Positions 18,381 through 28,366 of a DNA stretch of 61,477 nucleotides are shown in pieces; position 1 is the stretch's first letter; each line of letters opens with the position of its first letter. Origin of the DNA: Candidatus Coprovivens sp. GTDB lineage: Bacteria > Bacillota_I > Bacilli_A > RF39 > UBA660. A program made the position numbers and the translations under genes. Under the pieces are notes generated by a model. That model was not told where the DNA came from. It worked only from the letters and a program-made list of their open reading frames with translations, and did not search any database. The stretch is taken from positions 1 through 61,477 of the forward strand of contig JAZOOK010000082.1 of the NCBI GenBank assembly GCA_045654965.1. Reading direction: 5' to 3'.

Positions 18381-19367
18381 ATGTCAGAAGTTTTAATGGT
18401 TCCTGATTATAATAGGAACAATGGTAACAATTCAAATCTTGATTCTGCTCTTCTTTTGAGTATGATGAACAATGGAGGTTTTGGTAATGGTAGCTGGATG
18501 TGGATTATCTTCCTATTCTTCCTAGAGCCTCTTATGCGTAATGGTTTCTTTGGTAACGGTTTTGGTAACAATGGAGGTTTTAATGGAAATTGTGGTGGTC
18601 TTGGCTATCTTGCAAACCGCGTTGATGATAACGCTGGTAGAGAGCTATTGATGCAAGCTATTAATGGTAACGCAGATGCTATTCAAAATTTGGCTAATCG
18701 TTTTAACACAACTAACGATTTCATTCAGCAAGCTATTTGTGGAGTTCAAAATTCTATTTCTCAATTAGGAGGTCAAGTAGGTCTTAGCGGACAGCAAACA
18801 ATTAATGCTATTCAACAAGGCAATATGACTCTTGCTTCTCAACTTGCTTCTTGTTGCTGTGATTTGCGTACAGCTATTACTACAGGAAACTATGAAAATC
18901 AAATTGCAACTCTACAACAAACACAGGTTCTTTCTGGAGAAACTCGTAATGTTAAAGATGTTGTTACTCAAGGTTTCTGTGATACAGCTTATGCTTTCCG
19001 TGATCAAACTTGTACTCTTGGTGGTAAAATTCAAGAAAGTACTCAAGTTATCAAAGATGCTACTAATGCTCAAACTCAAGCAATTCTTGCTAAACTTGAT
19101 AACATGGAACGTACAGGTCTTCTTGATAAGATAGATGCACAACGTGAAACAATTAATACACTTCGTACAAATTCTAATATCAAAGACCAAAATTACTTAA
19201 CACAACAGTCTATTGCTGCTGCTGTAGCTCCAATTAACGCTGCTTTGGCAGAAATTCGTTGTGCTCAACCAAATACTGTAACAGTTCCATTTTACCCTTT
19301 TAAATTGCAACCTAATTGCGGTTGTGACAACAATAACAACAATTGTGCAAATCAATTCTGGTATTAA
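18381..19367 (+). CDS. abundant G/N/F-rich, Cys-rich protein of unknown function (328 aa)
   Basis: CGT/GGT/CTT codon bias resembles the capsid gene. The N-terminus has GFGNG-type repeats around a hydrophobic segment, the core is Q/T-rich and helical, and the C-terminus is CGCDNNNNNC. The gene lies between a strong upstream terminator and its own promoter-like box. Confidence 0.6.
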   Translation: MSEVLMVPDYNRNNGNNSNLDSALLLSMMNNGGFGNGSWMWIIFLFFLEPLMRNGFFGNGFGNNGGFNGNCGGLGYLANRVDDNAGRELLMQAINGNADAIQNLANRFNTTNDFIQQAICGVQNSISQLGGQVGLSGQQTINAIQQGNMTLASQLASCCCDLRTAITTGNYENQIATLQQTQVLSGETRNVKDVVTQGFCDTAYAFRDQTCTLGGKIQESTQVIKDATNAQTQAILAKLDNMERTGLLDKIDAQRETINTLRTNSNIKDQNYLTQQSIAAAVAPINAALAEIRCAQPNTVTVPFYPFKLQPNCGCDNNNNNCANQFWY

Positions 19368-19386
19368 TACATAAACTTGAAGTAGT

Positions 19387-19704
19387 ATGGAATGTTTAAA
19401 TGGATACGTTGGCAATAGAGGAGGTATTCCTATTGTTGAAGCAAATCAATCAAATGCCGGTAGTGCTACTACTAATGCTATTTATATTCTTCCAGCTCAT
19501 GTGTTTGGTAAAGGTTGTAAAGGTATTATAGTTGCTAATTTCTTAGGAGATACTGCTGCTACTGTAACTGGAGTTACTATATCAGTAAATGGTTCTACTA
19601 GAGAACTTTTTTCAAGTACTGACGAACCTTTAACTACACTAACTACAGGATACCATATAATTGTATTTGATAAACCTAATAATAAACTTAATTTAGTAGT
19701 ATAA
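19387..19704 (+). CDS. hypothetical protein (105 aa)
   Basis: ATG ORF 19 nt after the previous stop, with a beta-rich composition. The antisense ORF 19497-19718 was rejected. Confidence 0.5.
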   Translation: MECLNGYVGNRGGIPIVEANQSNAGSATTNAIYILPAHVFGKGCKGIIVANFLGDTAATVTGVTISVNGSTRELFSSTDEPLTTLTTGYHIIVFDKPNNKLNLVV

Positions 19705-19705
19705 T

Positions 19706-20206
19706 ATGTTTTCAGCATTAAGTCAAGGAAGTCTTATTCATATTTTAGATAAGACAAATGGATTGCAATATAAAGTTGGAGAAGTAATAGGAGTTACCCA
19801 ACCTAATGGACTTGGAGGAATGTTTTCTAATAATTTCAACAATCCTGCAGCTCCTATAACTCTTAAAGTAAAAATAGAAGGAGAAGTTCGTGATTATCCT
19901 GATATTCCTAGTTCAAATAGTACCATGAGTTATAATAATGGAAAAATTATTATATGCGAAACTAAACAAGGAGTTCAATTAGAAGTAGAAAATATTCTGC
20001 AAAATAGAAAACATATTATTGCAAATATTTCTACATACGAACAAGAAGTTACAGATTGTGAAAACATTCTAAAAGATCTCAATCCTCAATTTGCAGTAGA
20101 TAAAGAACGTGATGCTAAAATTGAAGGTCTTAATCAAAAAGTAGTTAATATGGAAGATAAACTTGATAAAATACTAAATGCTTTATCTGCTAAAACTAAT
20201 GTTTAA
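19706..20206 (+). CDS. hypothetical protein with C-terminal coiled coil (166 aa)
   Basis: ATG ORF 1 nt after the previous stop, with a heptad-like C-terminal segment. Confidence 0.5.
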   Translation: MFSALSQGSLIHILDKTNGLQYKVGEVIGVTQPNGLGGMFSNNFNNPAAPITLKVKIEGEVRDYPDIPSSNSTMSYNNGKIIICETKQGVQLEVENILQNRKHIIANISTYEQEVTDCENILKDLNPQFAVDKERDAKIEGLNQKVVNMEDKLDKILNALSAKTNV

Positions 20207-20225
20207 TATTTAAAAAGTTAAAATT

Positions 20226-20447
20226 ATGATGTTAATTATTAAAGATAGAAAATCAAAAGAGCTTAAAAGTAATCTATATGCCATGAAAAATCTTATTTGT
20301 GACATTATGGAATGTATCGAAGAAGCTCATGGAGAAGATTACGAAGAATACGGCAGACATCATACTCGTCATGATGTAGACATGAAAGATCGTGACTACG
20401 ATTATGAAAGAGATATGGCTCGTGGTAGAGGAAGAGGTCGTTATTAA
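20226..20447 (+). CDS. small charged protein ending RGRGRGRY (73 aa)
   Basis: ATG ORF followed 19 nt later by a GC-rich hairpin and a T5 run. Confidence 0.45.
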   Translation: MMLIIKDRKSKELKSNLYAMKNLICDIMECIEEAHGEDYEEYGRHHTRHDVDMKDRDYDYERDMARGRGRGRY

Positions 20448-20465
20448 TTAAGTGATTAATATTAG

Positions 20466-20492
20466 TGGAGGAGATAATTCTCCTCCATTTTT
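20466..20492 (+). terminator. rho-independent terminator (GC-rich)
   Basis: The stem is (T)GGAGGAGA / TCTCCTCC(A) with loop TAAT, followed by TTTTT. It lies 19 nt after the stop of 20226-20447. Confidence 0.75.
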
Positions 20493-20505
20493 AATTATAA
20501 GATAT

Positions 20506-20928
20506 ATGAAAAGAGATAGTTTAGACTTATATGATGAATTACCTGAAGATATGGAACTTTATCTTCGTCATAATGGTAGACATTTTAATAAAAAACTATG
20601 TAGTTTTGCAATTAGCAAAATGAAAGTCAGAAACCCTTCTACGGGGGAGGTGACAAAACTAGACATAATGACAAAAGAAGTTATCGATAATCTACTTAAA
20701 GCAAATAAAGTAGTTTTAAAAGAAAATGAACTTTATGATTATGTTTATGTAGCTAATATGTGTAAAGCTGATTTTCTAGGTAGCAGTATTCCAGATGAAA
20801 GACATTTGTGTTTGTACGTTAAAGATGTTATAGATGATGTAGATGCTTATGACGGAATTGTATTTAATAGATGGTATGCTGATATGTGTAGAAAAGGAGT
20901 TCCTATAAGTTGGATTGATATGCTTTGA
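20506..20928 (+). CDS. hypothetical protein (140 aa)
   Basis: I prefer the ATG at 20506 because the GTG start at 20452 in the track would run through the terminator hairpin at 20467-20486. The gene contains motif copy 4. Confidence 0.5.
   Translation: MKRDSLDLYDELPEDMELYLRHNGRHFNKKLCSFAISKMKVRNPSTGEVTKLDIMTKEVIDNLLKANKVVLKENELYDYVYVANMCKADFLGSSIPDERHLCLYVKDVIDDVDAYDGIVFNRWYADMCRKGVPISWIDML
20634..20650 (+). repeat. GC-rich motif copy 4 (CCCTTCTACGGGGGAGG)
   Basis: It lies inside 20506-20928 and is read as NPSTGE. Confidence 0.95.
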
Positions 20929-20964
20929 TTATATAAAAGTTATTATTTTAAAAGGTTAGTAGAT

Positions 20965-21008
20965 AATAGTAATAGTAGAAATTATACTATTACTATTATT
21001 TGTTTTAT
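20965..21008 (+). terminator. rho-independent terminator candidate
   Basis: A perfect 13-bp stem (AATAGTAATAGTA / TACTATTACTATT) with a 7-nt loop is followed by ATTTGTTTTAT. Confidence 0.6.
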
Positions 21009-21078
21009 AACAAATATTGTAATTATAACAAATAAGTTAAAATTTGAAAATTATTTTTTTGGATTATTGACTTTTATT

Positions 21079-21444
21079 ATGTTTGTTATAAGTAAACTAG
21101 ATAATAATAATAATAATATTAATCTTATGGATGCAATATTTAACAATACAATTAGTCAAATAATATCTAATTTTGATTTATCATTTTGTATTATAGTTAA
21201 TATAGGAACTTATATTATAATACAACTTCTTAAAAGTAAACCTTTTAATATTATTTGTAGTACTTGGGGTAAAAGACTTATATTTTTGGTAATAGCTATT
21301 ATATGTTCTGTTGTTTATTATTTTAATAATATAGACATGAAGATTATTTTTAATAGTGTTATTTTAGCTCCTGTAAGTTGGTCTTGGATATTTAAACCTG
21401 TATGTAATAAATTTAATATTGGTTATAAAACTAAACAAAACTAA
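21079..21444 (+). CDS. membrane protein (about 121 aa)
   Basis: There are three hydrophobic segments. I prefer the ATG at 21079 to the TTG at 21067. Confidence 0.45.
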   Translation: MFVISKLDNNNNNINLMDAIFNNTISQIISNFDLSFCIIVNIGTYIIIQLLKSKPFNIICSTWGKRLIFLVIAIICSVVYYFNNIDMKIIFNSVILAPVSWSWIFKPVCNKFNIGYKTKQN

Positions 21445-21573
21445 AAATATTTAATATTTTAATTTCGTTTATTACATTACTTAAAAGTTAAGTCGATTAA
21501 TAAGTAAGGTCGCTATTATAAATAGAAATATGGACAGCTGAGATAGGTCAATCAAGGACTATACATTATTTCA

Positions 21574-21589
21574 GCACCCCCGTAGGAAG
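21574..21589 (-). repeat. GC-rich motif copy 5, reverse orientation and diverged left half (CTTCCTACGGGGGTGC on the minus strand)
   Basis: It is intergenic, 52 nt upstream of the ATG at 21641. It shares CTACGGGGGTGCT with copy 10. Confidence 0.8.
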
Positions 21590-21640
21590 AATTTATACTA
21601 ACAATAACATAATAAACAATATAATAAATGTAATAATAAA

Positions 21641-22330
21641 ATGGCTAGTATATCAATGCTTGTTTCAGAGTTTGCTCACAGTCTTGGACAACCTAATAAT
21701 CAAGCTCTTAAAGAAAATATAAAACTTCTTATAGTTCATACTAGAAATGAAGTTATAAGAAATAATTATAAAGAGCTAGGTTATGTAGATAGAGGGCTAA
21801 CTCAAAGATTTAAAGTTACACTAATAGAAGTGTTAGATGGAGAAATAGAATTACCTGAAGGATATGAAAACGTAGGAGTTCCTAAAATTAAAAGAAGTTT
21901 ACAAAAAGTTCCAAAACCGGTGTCTTTAACTAATAATCTACCTTTTGATAGAGTTAGTTCTGTAGGATATAAAACTTCTAAAGATTTTCCTCATATTAAA
22001 GAAACTTCTGCTCGTTTTAGAAGTGCCGTTCCTGGTTTATGTAATACTCCTTGTTACGATTATATTAACGGATATATTTATATTTTTCCTTCAGATAATA
22101 AAACTTTTGATTTAAATAATATAATAATTCAATCAGCTTTTGAACAACCTAATGAAATAGATTTAGCTAATAAAGACGTTACTGAACTAGATGTTATGTT
22201 AGATGAAAATGAGTGGTTATTATCAGAAGATATGATTGGGCAAATTAAAGATATTATTTATAAACGAGATTTATTAACTACTATTAGAGAAACTAACGAA
22301 ATACCTAATACAATTAAATTTAACGGATAA
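21641..22330 (+). CDS. hypothetical tail/neck-module protein (229 aa)
   Basis: First gene of a tightly coupled string (21641-33233) that leads into the giant cargo genes. Assignment is by position only. Confidence 0.5.
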   Translation: MASISMLVSEFAHSLGQPNNQALKENIKLLIVHTRNEVIRNNYKELGYVDRGLTQRFKVTLIEVLDGEIELPEGYENVGVPKIKRSLQKVPKPVSLTNNLPFDRVSSVGYKTSKDFPHIKETSARFRSAVPGLCNTPCYDYINGYIYIFPSDNKTFDLNNIIIQSAFEQPNEIDLANKDVTELDVMLDENEWLLSEDMIGQIKDIIYKRDLLTTIRETNEIPNTIKFNG

Positions 22331-23274
22331 TGGCTATAAAAGAAACTCCTACTAGTGCAAAAACATATTACAAGTTAATGCAACAAACTAGTAAAGACAA
22401 TAAAAATAAAGCTATTGAATTGAAAGAAAAACTTATTGATAAAGTATCAATTCAACACAAAGATATAATGGCTAATAAAGACCTATATTTGACAAAATAT
22501 AGTATAGATTTGGATAAATATAAAGAATTTAAAACTAATACATATAGTACAGGAACTTTTTTAAAAGTAGCTAAAGGAGCTTTTATTAATAGAGCTAATG
22601 ATTATAGTTCTACTAGTGATTTATATGATTTGTATGAATTAGCTAAATGTCAAAAAGAACTATTTGATACTATTAAAACTATAGAACTTAATGATAAACT
22701 TTTAAAATTATCTCTAAAAGAATATACTAACATTCTTAGAATTTATTATACAGAAGTACACAAACAACTTATACTTGAAGGTAATGGTTATGTATTTGGT
22801 AATAATATTGGTTGGATTTGTGTAAATAGATGTTTTAATAGATATAAAAAGAAAATGCTAGATTATTCTGCTACTAAGAAAAAAGAAAAAGAATTAAAAG
22901 AAGCTGGAAAAAAGATTTATAATAAAGAAGAAGAAGAATGGTGTTTAAAACATGGTATTGATTATAAAGCTGAAGATAAAAGAGTTTTTCGTGTAGACGA
23001 ATATTGTTATGAAATACCACTATTAGGATGTACTTTACCAAACGGTAGTGTTTTAAAACTAGAAATAAGTGATTATAGACATTCTTCTTGTAGAGGAATC
23101 ACAAATGACGAACTTATTAGTAAATGTAATAATGATACTAGAGAAATTTGTGAACTACCTGTAGATCTTAGAACTAAGTTAACATTATGTAATAAAGCTG
23201 ATACAATTTTATATACTAAATTTATTAGAAATGAAAATCAAAAATCACATAACTATGCAAAGACTAGTAGGTAA
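22330..23274 (+). CDS. hypothetical tail/neck-module protein (314 aa)
   Basis: TAATG stop-start overlap with the upstream gene. The protein is K/E-rich. Confidence 0.5.
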   Translation: MAIKETPTSAKTYYKLMQQTSKDNKNKAIELKEKLIDKVSIQHKDIMANKDLYLTKYSIDLDKYKEFKTNTYSTGTFLKVAKGAFINRANDYSSTSDLYDLYELAKCQKELFDTIKTIELNDKLLKLSLKEYTNILRIYYTEVHKQLILEGNGYVFGNNIGWICVNRCFNRYKKKMLDYSATKKKEKELKEAGKKIYNKEEEEWCLKHGIDYKAEDKRVFRVDEYCYEIPLLGCTLPNGSVLKLEISDYRHSSCRGITNDELISKCNNDTREICELPVDLRTKLTLCNKADTILYTKFIRNENQKSHNYAKTSR

Positions 23275-23977
23275 AATCGATAACGATTTTAATATTAGTG
23301 AAGCAGATTGGATTCCTAGAGTTGCAGCTTGGGCTATAGATGGACTATCCCAAATGAATGTTTTACCTATGGAATTAAAAAGAAGAACATTAGAAGTTGC
23401 AGATAGAATTGCTACATTTCCTTGTGTAATGAATAGTAAAGAAATAAAAGTATATGATAAACATGGTATAGAAATTCCAGAATATAATAAAGAAGTTTCT
23501 TGTGGTTGTAATAAAAGTAAAAATTATAACTCACAAGAAATTGCTGTTATAGATAATACCAACAAATCTGGAGTTAATTTTATGAATGTAGGAACTGTAG
23601 TTAATCGTAGTAATAGATATTTTGTTTTAGACGGTAATAGCATTGAGCTTAGTTTTAATACAGATGAAATTACTGTAGAAAGTTATGAAATAGCTACTTA
23701 TTATGATGATTATTACGATTGTGAAGTACCTTATATATACGATAATGGTCTTTTACTTGAAGCTTTATCTTGGTATGTAATGTTTAAATATCTTAGTAGA
23801 GGAAGCAAACATCCAGTTTATAGTTTAACTAGTAATAATCCTGTAATAAATCCTTATACTCAATGGCTTGCTTTAAAGCCAAAAGCTGAAATTTCAGTTA
23901 AACTTTCTATTAATAAAAACAGAGATGAGGGTTGGAACAATTTCTTTTATAATAGTACATTTCTACCAAGAAGTTAA
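23231..23977 (+). CDS. hypothetical tail/neck-module protein (248 aa)
   Basis: It overlaps the previous gene by 44 nt. An alternative ATG at 23255 would reduce the overlap to 20 nt. Confidence 0.5.
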   Translation: MKIKNHITMQRLVGKIDNDFNISEADWIPRVAAWAIDGLSQMNVLPMELKRRTLEVADRIATFPCVMNSKEIKVYDKHGIEIPEYNKEVSCGCNKSKNYNSQEIAVIDNTNKSGVNFMNVGTVVNRSNRYFVLDGNSIELSFNTDEITVESYEIATYYDDYYDCEVPYIYDNGLLLEALSWYVMFKYLSRGSKHPVYSLTSNNPVINPYTQWLALKPKAEISVKLSINKNRDEGWNNFFYNSTFLPRS

Positions 23978-23980
23978 ATT

Positions 23981-26900
23981 ATGGCTAATATAATACCAAA
24001 ACTTAATTTAAATAAAACTCCTAATTTAGTAGAAACCAATAGTCTTGTTTTTGCTAAAAATATAAGATTAGATAATGATGGGAGTATTCATAGAGATTAT
24101 GGAATTTTTCCGTTAAGTATAACTCATGGAACTATAGATGACACAACTAAAGTTAATTATACTAATATTCTTAATAGAATAAGACAAGATATAATTTCAG
24201 TAGAAAATAGTCCAAGTTATTATTCTAGTATATATAATAAACTGAGATTTTTTAGTGGAGAAATAACTTATCCAGAAATCGGACAAAAAGTATATGACGG
24301 AGGTTATAATATTGTAGGACATATAGAAGATAGTAATAGTTTTTATATTTTTATACAAGGATTTTATAAAATAGATACTACTTCAACCGATGGTACAGTA
24401 ACAACTACAAAAAAGAATGATGCTGTAATTATTAAATATGATGAGAAGTCAAAACAATTTAGTCCTTGTAATTGTAATTGGACCTATTCTGGAGGAACTA
24501 TTAGTGGGCAAGTTATAAACAATCTATTAGGTGAAATTATATTAATTATTGCAGAAACTAATGCTAAAACAGATGTTCCATTAAAATGTATAAATTTAAT
24601 GACATCTAGTATTACAGATGATGAAAGTTTATATACTCAAACACCTAATATACCTATTACAAATTTAAATTATAAAAATCCTTTTTCTTATGTCATCCCT
24701 AATGGAGTATATCAGTTTTTTATAAGATATAAAATAAGAAAAGATTTTTATACTGATTGGTTTCCTGCAAGTAAAGAATTATTTGCCGGAAATACAAATA
24801 ATATAATGACTAGTTTTGGATCTGTAAAATATATGAATACTAATCGTTCTTCAGATAATAGTTTTACTTTTGCTGTAGAACATTTAACTCAAGATTCAAT
24901 AAAGTATTATCAGAGTTTTCAAATAGGATTTATATGTTCTAGCGATGATACTGTTGTAGCCAGAGCTTGGAAACATTTTAATTTTGATGTTACAACTATT
25001 AATTTCGATTATAAAGATTCTGATAGTTATGACATAGAAGTATCAGATTTGACAAAACCTACTTATCAACTATATAATGTAGGAAATGTAACTAGTTTTA
25101 AAAACAAACTTTATATAAGTAATTATAAAGAAACAAATTTTAATTATTCTAGTTTACAAAATATAGCCAATAAGATACAAATAAATATTGACCAAGTTGA
25201 AGCTCCTTCAGGATATGCAGGTAATGAAAAAATAACTTCTACTATAAACGGAAAAGATGTAATTTCTGGTATAAAAGTACCAGGTATAATTCCAGGAGTA
25301 GGAGGTAGTACTCAAACTACTGTAGCTCTATATATAAATGGAGAAAATGGAATTATTAATCAGTTACTAAATCCTGAAAAAGAAACATCTTCAGTTTATA
25401 CAGAAAATACAGCTTATGGTATTATAGCAGATGCTTTAAAAGAACCTAGTACCTTTAAAACTATATCATTAAACAATGATAAACACGGCTTTTATATAAA
25501 TGTTATAAGTAATGGTATTGATGCGGCTAAAGAAAAGTTTAAAAATGACAATCCATATCCTAGATTTAATCACATCTTTGATGATGAAATTTCTGAGGTT
25601 AAAATCAATGGTATAACGTTTGATAATCCAACAGTTGATAAAATTATAAAACACATATATGATAAAGGACTTTATTTAAATGACAAAGCTGAACTTGTAG
25701 ATGCATATAATACAAAAGCTAATACTTTTGAAATAGAAGTTATAAGAACTTGTAGAAGTAGTGTAAATACTACAAGTGCGATTGTAAATCCCCCAAATCC
25801 TTTAGATCCTGATAATCCAGGAACTTCAGATCCTACAAATCCCAATATTTATAATCCAGGTATAGGAGATTCTACAACTGAAACTGTAACTGTAGTTACT
25901 GTAGGTGAATATGTTCAAACTATAACTATTACATTTAGTGGAGACGCTACTAAAATGGAAGAATCTAATAATGATTTTTTCCTAAATTGTACTACACTAA
26001 TTCCTTATCAAAAATATAAGTTCTATGTTCATTATATTAAACAAAATGGTGAAATAACTAACGGTTATTATTGTGGAGGATCTAATGCTGGTATAATAGA
26101 AGTTCCGTATAGAGCAAATGCTGATGCCATTATATATCCTACTTTTAGTAATATATCTATACCTGCCGGTTATATAGGTTGTTTTTTTAGTATATTACAT
26201 ATAGAACGAGAAGTAGCTACTGTATATAATTTAAAAAATAAAGAAGATTTAGGAGAAGCTAATTGTATTGATATAAATCTTGGTTTATTTCCTGGAATAA
26301 ATAAACTTTATATAAGACAAACTAAAATTGACGAAAAGACTAATGAATCTGAAGAAATAATAGATGCTAATGGTAAATATTATTATAGTAGCGATGCTTC
26401 TATTATTAGATATTTTGGAGCAGATGGGATTGTTACTTATGATAATACTAAACCATTTGATACAGAAAGTCTAGCTTATTTAATAAATGAATATAGCATT
26501 TCGGAAGAGAAAAATCTTCAGCTTATAAAATGTACACCTTTTATAAATTCTACGAATTTGGATAGCAATATGGCTTATTCGGACTGTGTAAATATGAATT
26601 TATTAGGCTATATTTGTAAAATAACACCTTTATTAAGAGATAGAACAACTACTTATTATACAGATGGGGCTAGTGTTTTTATAAAGTCTCTAGAGCAAAG
26701 TAATACAAGTGATGAACAATTTATTGCTATAAAAGAATTACATAATCATTTAGGAGATGGAAAACTTGATGAAAGTGTATTAGCTCTTCGTTTAGCTCCT
26801 AGTAATAATATAAATATTTATTCTAATTATAATTTAAATTATCTAGCATTAAATGAAGAACCTGTAGAAAAGTTTCAAAGTTATTATACTGGTACATCTA

Positions 26901-28366
26901 ATGCTACTGATGAAAAAGCTAAAAGTATAATATTAAGACTTCTTAAAAGTGCTATTATGAGTAATGTTTATAAATTACCAAATATGTACAAAACATATAC
27001 TCGTAAACTTTATACTAATTATAATACAGAAGATATATTACAATTTGATAATACTATACGAAGTAGTGAATTACAAGGTGACGAAAATGGCATAAACATT
27101 TTTAAATTTAATGCTAACGATTATTATAATATTCCTACTAATAGAGGTATAATAGTAAATTTGGAAGCTATAGGCGATGCTATTTTAGTACATACTAAAA
27201 ACAGTATGTTTAAATTTACTGGAAGTAATACGTTAACATCTTCTGATGGAGAAATTATACCAACAGAAAGTCAACCATTTGATACAGGTGTTTCAGAAAT
27301 GTTTGGTTCTGATTTTGGTTTTGGAGGTTTACAATATAAAACTGATTCTATTACAACAGAAAATGGTTATATATTTTTTGATAGAGACAGTGGAATAATT
27401 TATATGTATAGCGGACAAAATAATCTTGTTAAAATAAGCGATGGTATTGAAAAATTGTTTAGATATAAAGATACTAAAAGTATTCATTTTGCTAACGATT
27501 ATTATAACAATAGATTTTTTATAAGTATTATATTTAAAGATAGTAAAAAAGTACTGTTACCTCCTAGTACTCCTGGTTCTGGACAACCTACTTATGTTAC
27601 AAAAGACTATCTAATTCCTGTAACTCTATCATTTAATTTTTCAGAGACTAATAAAGCATTTGTTAGTTTACATGATTTTGTTTTTGATGAAGCATTTAAT
27701 ACAAAAACAAAATGTTATTTTATAACAGGAGACAAACAAGATATTTGTTATATAAATAAAAAAGAAAATTTAAGTAGTTATACTAAATTAGAAATAGCAA
27801 ATGACACCTTGTATCCTAGTAAAAAAGATAGCAAACGACTAGTATTATATACAGCAAATAAAACTACAGGAAATATTGAAGATAAAGATATTTATAATAT
27901 TAATTCTTTTTATTCTATTGTAGATGTTATAGTAAATAATAATTACGAAACTATTAAAACTTTAAATTCTGTAAATTGGTATAGTTCTATAATTGATTCA
28001 GAATTTACTCAAATAACTGATTCAGACGAAGCTACTTTAAGAACAGCAGAAGATAATTTGCGTAATATTCCTTGTAATTATATTAGAATATATAGCGATA
28101 CTTGTTTATCTCCTTTATTAAAAACAGATAGTCTTAGTAATAATTATAATTTATCAGATAATGAAAGTTATATATATCCTAGATATAATAAAGGAATTTG
28201 GACTTTAAATTATTTTAGAAATATATTAAATTCTAATGGAAATAAAACTCCTTATATTAATGACGAGAATAGTTTAATAGAAGGAAAATATTTTGTAATT
28301 AGATTTATGTTTAATGAAGAATTTAAATTAGAAACATTATTTTTAAATTATAGTAATAAAGTATGA
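23981..28366 (+). CDS. large tail structural protein (1461 aa), ring/muzzle-class candidate
   Basis: This is the third-largest ORF, beta-rich and N/Y/T-rich. It lies just upstream of the putative cargo genes, as large tail proteins do in crAss-like phages. Call rests on position and size only. Confidence 0.4.
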   Translation: MANIIPKLNLNKTPNLVETNSLVFAKNIRLDNDGSIHRDYGIFPLSITHGTIDDTTKVNYTNILNRIRQDIISVENSPSYYSSIYNKLRFFSGEITYPEIGQKVYDGGYNIVGHIEDSNSFYIFIQGFYKIDTTSTDGTVTTTKKNDAVIIKYDEKSKQFSPCNCNWTYSGGTISGQVINNLLGEIILIIAETNAKTDVPLKCINLMTSSITDDESLYTQTPNIPITNLNYKNPFSYVIPNGVYQFFIRYKIRKDFYTDWFPASKELFAGNTNNIMTSFGSVKYMNTNRSSDNSFTFAVEHLTQDSIKYYQSFQIGFICSSDDTVVARAWKHFNFDVTTINFDYKDSDSYDIEVSDLTKPTYQLYNVGNVTSFKNKLYISNYKETNFNYSSLQNIANKIQINIDQVEAPSGYAGNEKITSTINGKDVISGIKVPGIIPGVGGSTQTTVALYINGENGIINQLLNPEKETSSVYTENTAYGIIADALKEPSTFKTISLNNDKHGFYINVISNGIDAAKEKFKNDNPYPRFNHIFDDEISEVKINGITFDNPTVDKIIKHIYDKGLYLNDKAELVDAYNTKANTFEIEVIRTCRSSVNTTSAIVNPPNPLDPDNPGTSDPTNPNIYNPGIGDSTTETVTVVTVGEYVQTITITFSGDATKMEESNNDFFLNCTTLIPYQKYKFYVHYIKQNGEITNGYYCGGSNAGIIEVPYRANADAIIYPTFSNISIPAGYIGCFFSILHIEREVATVYNLKNKEDLGEANCIDINLGLFPGINKLYIRQTKIDEKTNESEEIIDANGKYYYSSDASIIRYFGADGIVTYDNTKPFDTESLAYLINEYSISEEKNLQLIKCTPFINSTNLDSNMAYSDCVNMNLLGYICKITPLLRDRTTTYYTDGASVFIKSLEQSNTSDEQFIAIKELHNHLGDGKLDESVLALRLAPSNNINIYSNYNLNYLALNEEPVEKFQSYYTGTSNATDEKAKSIILRLLKSAIMSNVYKLPNMYKTYTRKLYTNYNTEDILQFDNTIRSSELQGDENGINIFKFNANDYYNIPTNRGIIVNLEAIGDAILVHTKNSMFKFTGSNTLTSSDGEIIPTESQPFDTGVSEMFGSDFGFGGLQYKTDSITTENGYIFFDRDSGIIYMYSGQNNLVKISDGIEKLFRYKDTKSIHFANDYYNNRFFISIIFKDSKKVLLPPSTPGSGQPTYVTKDYLIPVTLSFNFSETNKAFVSLHDFVFDEAFNTKTKCYFITGDKQDICYINKKENLSSYTKLEIANDTLYPSKKDSKRLVLYTANKTTGNIEDKDIYNINSFYSIVDVIVNNNYETIKTLNSVNWYSSIIDSEFTQITDSDEATLRTAEDNLRNIPCNYIRIYSDTCLSPLLKTDSLSNNYNLSDNESYIYPRYNKGIWTLNYFRNILNSNGNKTPYINDENSLIEGKYFVIRFMFNEEFKLETLFLNYSNKV

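Noticed and set aside
20452-20505. Upstream non-ATG starts used by the ORF track: GTG at 20452, and TTG at 16224, 21067, 55128 and 60616. Also the early ATG at 17498.
   Set aside because: Each extension either runs through a terminator hairpin (20467-20486, 55119-55152) or adds only a few residues before a well-placed ATG. I preferred the ATG starts, but these remain alternatives.
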